Source: Eledone cirrhosa
Taxonomy: Eukaryota
NCBI GenBank assembly: GCA_964016885.1
Contig: OZ024740.1
Coordinates: forward strand, 312,914,001-312,978,000
Direction of reading: 5' to 3'
DNA length: 64,000 nt
Of the stretch, positions 62,749 through 64,000 are shown in pieces (the first letter of the stretch is position 1; the number at the start of each line of letters is the position of its first letter). The notes below the pieces were generated by a model that was not told the origin of the DNA, ran no database searches, and worked only from the letters and a program-made list of their open reading frames with translations. The position numbers were made by a program, and so were the translations under genes.

Positions 62749-64000
62749 GTGTATATATACAATATGTATGTATACATGTGTGTGTATATACATACACGTG
62801 TTTGTTTGCCTTACATCTTGGTAATAATTGGTATAATCCGATCAGACCAACTGAAGGTATTGTTGATCAACAAGAAATCCTCTCTTTTCATTGTAGCATA
62901 TGTCATCATAAACATCACATTAGCAGCAGCTACTTCTTGTTTCTCCTGATAAGGTAAATATATATAAAAAGTTATAACAACAGACTAGACAATGAAGCAT
63001 TACATTTTGTATAGTTTTCGAAATCATGAATATAATAGATGAAGATGGTTGTAAACTCTCATTAGCAATGTTATTTTCACAGAGCAGAAATAAATATTTT
63101 TTTCTTCTTTCTGGAGATTAGATAATTCTGAATACAAGCGGCTGAAATAGGGTTTCCCCGAAGGGCCCTTGGAATAACGTTACTCGATAGTGTATCTCGG
63201 AGATCAGAGAGTCACTCCAGGTAGAGCTGCTACTTTTTCAAATTGAGAGATCACAGCTCTGTAACTAAGAGCATGTGGTTAGAATGTCCCATGAAAGAAC
63301 TGCTGGACAGATTTTACGGGCAAAACCAGCTGGTAGGAAACCAAGGCTAAACTCCGAGCAAGATGGATGGATAATATCTATGATTTTGGCTGGTCTCGCT
63401 TGGGGATCCAGCTGGATCAGTTGGAGATGGTTGCTTCTGACAAAACTTGCTGGAAAGAGTATTTGAGGACTCTGCCTCAACGACCCTCTCAGGAATAAGT
63501 GGACGAAGAAGAAAAGAAAAAAGAAAAAAGAAAAAAGAAAAAAGAAAAAAGAAAAAAGAAAAAAGAAAAAAGAAAAAAGAAAAAAGAAAAAAGAAAAAAG
63601 AAAAAAGAAAAAAGAAAAAAAAACGAAAAAAGAAAAAAAAACGAAAAAAGAAAATGAAATCTCATCACCCCGGTCACAAATCTGGGCACTGCCACCTGTA
63701 AGTCAGAAGAGCGGAAGATAACAAAATATCGGGACTTGACGGACTGTTTCATTTTTTTTAATGCTGGTTGCTATCAAAACCTCTGATGTCGTTTCTCGGA
63801 CAAAACAATAACCAAACAACAAAAAAGTCGTAAAAAAAAAACAACAAAGTTTAAACTACCTTCAATGATAAGAGTTCTCCACAGCTGAGACCATCGATAT
63901 ATTTCTGTAAAGCCACAAGATCTGACGTAGTGGCTGCTTGTCTTGTAACTGTCTCCACTATCTGGTCGTACTGATTACAGATGGAACGATGGAAGAGCTG
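1906..64000 (-). CDS. DNAH3: Axonemal dynein heavy chain, inner-arm DNAH3/7/12 group (DNAH3-like); partial gene, 30 exons in window, open at both ends
   Basis: 30 exons with GT-AG boundaries and consistent phases join into about 1574 aa. Motifs: [37 protein letters not shown]1 GPAGTGKT / CFDEFNR / [22 protein letters not shown]2 GDPIAGKT / [17 protein letters not shown]3 GPTGTGKS / FVDDLNMP. Paralog assignment (DNAH3 vs DNAH7/12) is from recalled similarity only. Confidence 0.9.
2490..2995 (-). mobile_element. Decayed RTE-like RT 3' fragment
   Basis: [14 protein letters not shown]..., [11 protein letters not shown]; related copy at about 20380-20755. Confidence 0.65.
3061..3210 (-). CDS. Dynein heavy chain exon, AAA3 Walker B
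   Basis: [49 protein letters not shown]; uses an AAG acceptor. Confidence 0.94.
3405..3643 (-). CDS. Dynein heavy chain exon, AAA3 Walker A
   Basis: [14 protein letters not shown]...[13 protein letters not shown]...[21 protein letters not shown](R). Confidence 0.95.
4264..4408 (-). CDS. Dynein heavy chain exon
   Basis: [34 protein letters not shown]...EKTK. Confidence 0.9.
5224..5445 (-). CDS. Dynein heavy chain exon (AAA lid region)
   Basis: [10 protein letters not shown]...[28 protein letters not shown]...; phases fit. Confidence 0.88.
6889..7022 (-). CDS. Dynein heavy chain exon
   Basis: [44 protein letters not shown](R). Confidence 0.9.
8647..8850. mobile_element. Mariner-type MITE (about 200 bp, TA flanks)
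   Basis: TIR consensus TA..aggtnggctgaaaagttcataggctgac / gtcagcctatgaacttttcagc...TA. Confidence 0.75.
8865..8973 (-). CDS. Dynein heavy chain exon
   Basis: [36 protein letters not shown]. Confidence 0.93.
10242..10342 (-). CDS. Dynein heavy chain exon
   Basis: [33 protein letters not shown](R). Confidence 0.95.
10650..11345. mobile_element. Degenerate Penelope-like element: possible RT fragment (minus) plus pseudo-LTR with hammerhead relic (plus, 11090-11146)
   Basis: cac-ccaatga-(gtcagg...cctgac)-GAAA-tatata-TA-gtg. 11150-11345 is homologous to 13035-13230. The RT-like remnants are frameshifted and weak. Confidence 0.45.
11353..11680 (-). mobile_element. SINE family A, head missing
   Basis: Reverse-complement match to 11835-12098. 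Confidence 0.85.
11759..12098 (+). mobile_element. tRNA-derived SINE family A (CORE-like body, RTE-derived 3' tail)
   Basis: A box TAGCTTAGTGG, B box GAGTTCAATTCTC, ccttgagcaagatactt...ccagtttactcagctg body; tail ccttgcaagcaaggaaaagcggacataaaa(tga)n matches the RTE 3' end. Confidence 0.85.
12110..13230 (+). mobile_element. Probable Penelope-like element 3'/pseudo-LTR relic between (TA)n tracts
   Basis: 3' 200 bp homologous to 11150-11345; CTGATGA at about 13010 with the rest of the hammerhead apparently deleted; AATAAA; flanked by (TA)n. Confidence 0.45.
13675..14022 (-). mobile_element. SINE family A, full length
   Basis: Near-identical reverse complement of 11759-12098. Confidence 0.85.
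14124..14194 (-). ncRNA. Minimal type I hammerhead ribozyme (Penelope-like-element type)
   Basis: Minus strand: tattttat CTGATGA aaacgcaaatatcatc-ccat-gatgatatttgttttt GAAA tgcgca TA ataaaata; 8-bp stem I, long stem II, palindromic stem III. Confidence 0.85.
15235..15365 (-). CDS. Dynein heavy chain exon, AAA2
   Basis: GVLANSFRE...[27 protein letters not shown]. Confidence 0.96.
16257..17045. repeat. 25-bp minisatellite (TCTTAAGTAACAGATGGCTATGTYA), about 22 homogeneous units then degenerate units
   Basis: Direct inspection. Confidence 0.95.
18121..18322. mobile_element. Mariner-type MITE copy
   Basis: Co-linear with 8647-8850. Confidence 0.75.
18378..18465 (-). CDS. Dynein heavy chain exon
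   Basis: [29 protein letters not shown](G). Confidence 0.95.
18671..18805 (-). CDS. Dynein heavy chain exon, AAA2 Walker A
   Basis: [29 protein letters not shown]...MDENQ. Confidence 0.95.
19155..19320. repeat. 18-bp minisatellite (ATCRAATGTTGAGATGAG) x about 9 inside a degenerate array 18940-19400
   Basis: Direct inspection; produces the spurious RSNVEM ORF. Confidence 0.9.
20049..20343 (+). mobile_element. Full-length tRNA-SINE family C with V-domain-like body and TSD
   Basis: A/B boxes; ccctgcgatggactggcgtcctgtccaggg; TSD actactgctacta at 20036-20048 and 20344-20356; partial copies at about 7260-7475, 9040-9200, 40670-40970. Confidence 0.8.
21093..21405 (-). mobile_element. RTE LINE 3' fragment
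   Basis: [13 protein letters not shown]...[12 protein letters not shown]. Confidence 0.8.
21477..21521 (+). ncRNA. Minimal type I hammerhead ribozyme in a Penelope-like pseudo-LTR relic (21405-21735)
   Basis: agtca CTGAAGA g gtcaca gagtg tgtgac GAAA ggac TA tgact. Confidence 0.75.
21821..21988 (-). CDS. Dynein heavy chain exon
   Basis: [23 protein letters not shown]...WYIEKIIQ. Confidence 0.94.
22098..24700 (-). mobile_element. Helitron, 5'-truncated, decayed PIF1-like helicase
   Basis: [49 protein letters not shown]...[11 protein letters not shown] across frameshifts; 3' hairpin and CTAG|T at 22098. Confidence 0.92.
24859..25002 (-). CDS. Dynein heavy chain exon
   Basis: [25 protein letters not shown]...DVNLPK. 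Confidence 0.95.
25628..25840. mobile_element. Tigger/pogo-like MITE; second copy at about 36398-36596
   Basis: Termini tatatactcaaatataagctga / tcagcttatattcaagtatctatggta. Confidence 0.6.
26395..26590 (+). mobile_element. SINE family B (tRNA head; gaggttaactttgcctttcatccttacggggtcgataaa body)
   Basis: More than 12 copies in window, e.g. 8145-8320(-), 25060-25255(-), 27175-27360, 40975-41125, 41700-41920, 43730-44075 (two, -), 57846-58030, 58885-59065. Confidence 0.8.
26764..27072 (-). CDS. Dynein heavy chain exon, AAA1
   Basis: VLSVIAQQ...[32 protein letters not shown]...YRLCSEQ. Confidence 0.96.
28361..28480 (-). CDS. Dynein heavy chain exon, AAA1 Walker B
   Basis: [40 protein letters not shown]. 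Confidence 0.96.
28593..34104 (-). mobile_element. Helitron with both termini (A|TC...CTAG|T), decayed Rep-helicase at 29056-31830
   Basis: Rep motifs [20 protein letters not shown] (HUH) and [10 protein letters not shown] (Y2); PIF1 motifs; 3' end CTAG|T at 28593; 5' end A|TCTAAACTATAATAAAG at 34104. Coding part is certain; linkage to the 5' end is inferred. Confidence 0.85.
32892..33530 (+). mobile_element. Non-autonomous mini-Helitron of the same family, nested in opposite orientation
   Basis: Starts A|TCTAAACTATAATAAAG (32892-33023 matches the reverse complement of 33972-34104). Ends with the family 3' hairpin CTAGCAGAAAACC...GGTTTTTCTGCTGA. 3' subterminal 170 bp is tandemly duplicated. 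Confidence 0.8.
36060..36168 (-). CDS. Dynein heavy chain exon, AAA1 Walker A
   Basis: [36 protein letters not shown]. Confidence 0.96.
36847..37039. mobile_element. Mariner-type MITE copy
   Basis: Co-linear with 8647-8850. Confidence 0.75.
37198..37396 (-). CDS. Dynein heavy chain exon (start of AAA1)
   Basis: ARDI...[11 protein letters not shown]...[22 protein letters not shown](R). Confidence 0.95.
37804..37942 (-). CDS. Dynein heavy chain exon
   Basis: AIEKGF...[26 protein letters not shown]. Confidence 0.93.
38532..38684 (-). CDS. Dynein heavy chain exon
   Basis: [13 protein letters not shown]...[26 protein letters not shown]. Confidence 0.92.
38790..39150. repeat. Compound (GAT)n/(GGT)n microsatellite; similar tracts at 1590-1840, 15045-15220, 18500-18640
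   Basis: Direct inspection. Confidence 0.9.
39875..40305 (+). mobile_element. RTE LINE 3' fragment with (GAT)n tail
   Basis: Homologous to the 3' end of the 44110 element; shorter pieces at about 4980-5170 (+) and 47470-47760 (-). Confidence 0.8.
40359..40587 (-). CDS. Dynein heavy chain exon
   Basis: [31 protein letters not shown]...GLVEKWLQQ. Confidence 0.95.
42433..42500 (-). CDS. Dynein heavy chain exon
   Basis: [22 protein letters not shown](R); TAG/GTAAGT. Confidence 0.92.
43075..43660 (+). mobile_element. RTE-like 3' fragment with tail expanded to (GAAAAAA)n
   Basis: [14 protein letters not shown]...GRPRARWLD followed by about 230 bp of heptamer repeat. Confidence 0.75.
44110..46480 (-). 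mobile_element. RTE-clade LINE, 5'-truncated, frameshifted endonuclease plus RT
   Basis: APE motifs GDFNGHVG and QIDFLL; [28 protein letters not shown] (decayed YADD); [12 protein letters not shown]; (TGA)n tail. Confidence 0.92.
46882..46972 (-). CDS. Dynein heavy chain exon
   Basis: [30 protein letters not shown]; phases fit both neighbours. Confidence 0.85.
47013..47336. mobile_element. Tigger-like MITE relic
   Basis: Termini tacagtatttgctggcctatt / aataggtctgcaaatacagta. Confidence 0.5.
48977..49116 (-). CDS. Dynein heavy chain exon
   Basis: [46 protein letters not shown](W). Confidence 0.93.
49432..50712 (-). mobile_element. Second RTE LINE copy (RT 3' part)
   Basis: Co-linear with 44110-45370; [16 protein letters not shown]. 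Confidence 0.9.
50887..50971 (-). ncRNA. Type I hammerhead ribozyme with extended stem II (element about 50730-50990)
   Basis: Minus strand: ggt CTGACGA gcc...ggc GAAA cgcgcg TC acc; canonical GUC cleavage triplet, palindromic stem III. Confidence 0.8.
51014..51420 (+). mobile_element. SINE family A
   Basis: tRNA head, body, (GAT)n tail; partial copies at about 9780-9995, 20790-21060, 38185-38400, 56460-56710, 61110-61360. Confidence 0.8.
52193..52393 (-). CDS. Dynein heavy chain exon
   Basis: ALSKMKGDW...[37 protein letters not shown]; CAG/GTAAGT. Confidence 0.92.
53262..53390 (-). CDS. Dynein heavy chain exon
   Basis: [43 protein letters not shown]; TAG/GTGAGT. Confidence 0.92.
54442..54630 (-). 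CDS. Dynein heavy chain exon
   Basis: [11 protein letters not shown]...[18 protein letters not shown]; CAG/GTAG. Confidence 0.92.
55408..55602 (-). CDS. Dynein heavy chain exon (DHC_N2/linker region)
   Basis: [12 protein letters not shown]...PYERLW...[17 protein letters not shown]; CAG/GTAAG. Confidence 0.9.
58124..58319 (-). CDS. Dynein heavy chain exon (tail)
   Basis: CAG|[17 protein letters not shown]...[13 protein letters not shown]...LDVLKKE|GTAT, phase 2 to 0. Confidence 0.85.
58371..58707. mobile_element. Mariner-type MITE copy with internal tandem duplication
   Basis: Internal 135 bp (tgatgctag...tatcttgg) present twice between one TIR pair. Confidence 0.75.
59477..60565. mobile_element. 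Non-LTR retrotransposon (second RTE-like family) with 5' inversion
   Basis: 59477-59720 minus = endonuclease (LVLGDFNAH...SQIDN); 59721-60565 plus = RT C-terminus ([32 protein letters not shown]). Confidence 0.8.
60566..60998. mobile_element. Penelope-like pseudo-LTR relic with inverted duplication (arms about 160 bp)
   Basis: 60566-60724 is the reverse complement of about 60768-60943; the right part is co-linear with 21500-21735; contains a hammerhead; ends in (TA)n. Confidence 0.7.
60703..60747 (-). ncRNA. Minimal hammerhead ribozyme, same family as 21477-21521
   Basis: Minus strand: agtca CTGAAGA g gtcaca gaatg tgtgac GAAA gaac TT tgac. Confidence 0.7.
62815..62945 (-). CDS. Dynein heavy chain exon (tail)
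   Basis: CAG|[43 protein letters not shown]|GTAAG, phase 0 to 2. Confidence 0.85.
63130..63655 (+). mobile_element. Same RTE-like family 3' fragment with (GAAAAAA)n tail
   Basis: Homologous to 43130-43420; a shorter piece lies at about 7155-7255. Confidence 0.75.
63860..64000 (-). CDS. Dynein heavy chain exon (tail), 5' boundary at or beyond window edge
   Basis: ...[42 protein letters not shown] then GTAGT donor. Confidence 0.8.

Overview
AT-rich, repeat-dense eukaryotic DNA. The SINE/RTE/microsatellite landscape looks like an octopus or other coleoid cephalopod (inference). The window is almost entirely the internal part of one minus-strand gene, an inner-arm axonemal dynein heavy chain of the DNAH3/7/12 group that is most similar to DNAH3 by my recall of those sequences. 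I traced 30 phase-consistent GT-AG exons (4722 nt, about 1574 aa) from the tail/linker through AAA1, AAA2 and AAA3; the gene runs off both ends. The introns hold two related Helitrons, one with both termini and a nested inverted mini-Helitron. They also hold RTE-type LINE fragments, several tRNA-derived SINE families, Tc1/mariner-type MITEs, and mini- and microsatellites. The most interesting unannotated signal is a set of minimal type I hammerhead ribozymes of the Penelope-like-element type. There are four with intact cores from three unrelated families, three of them sense to the dynein pre-mRNA, plus relics from two more families. They often sit next to (TA)n tracts and inside long fold-back palindromes whose turn falls in hammerhead stem II. 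Two exon ends are also tandemly duplicated with their splice donors. All alignments and folds were done by eye; nothing was computed.
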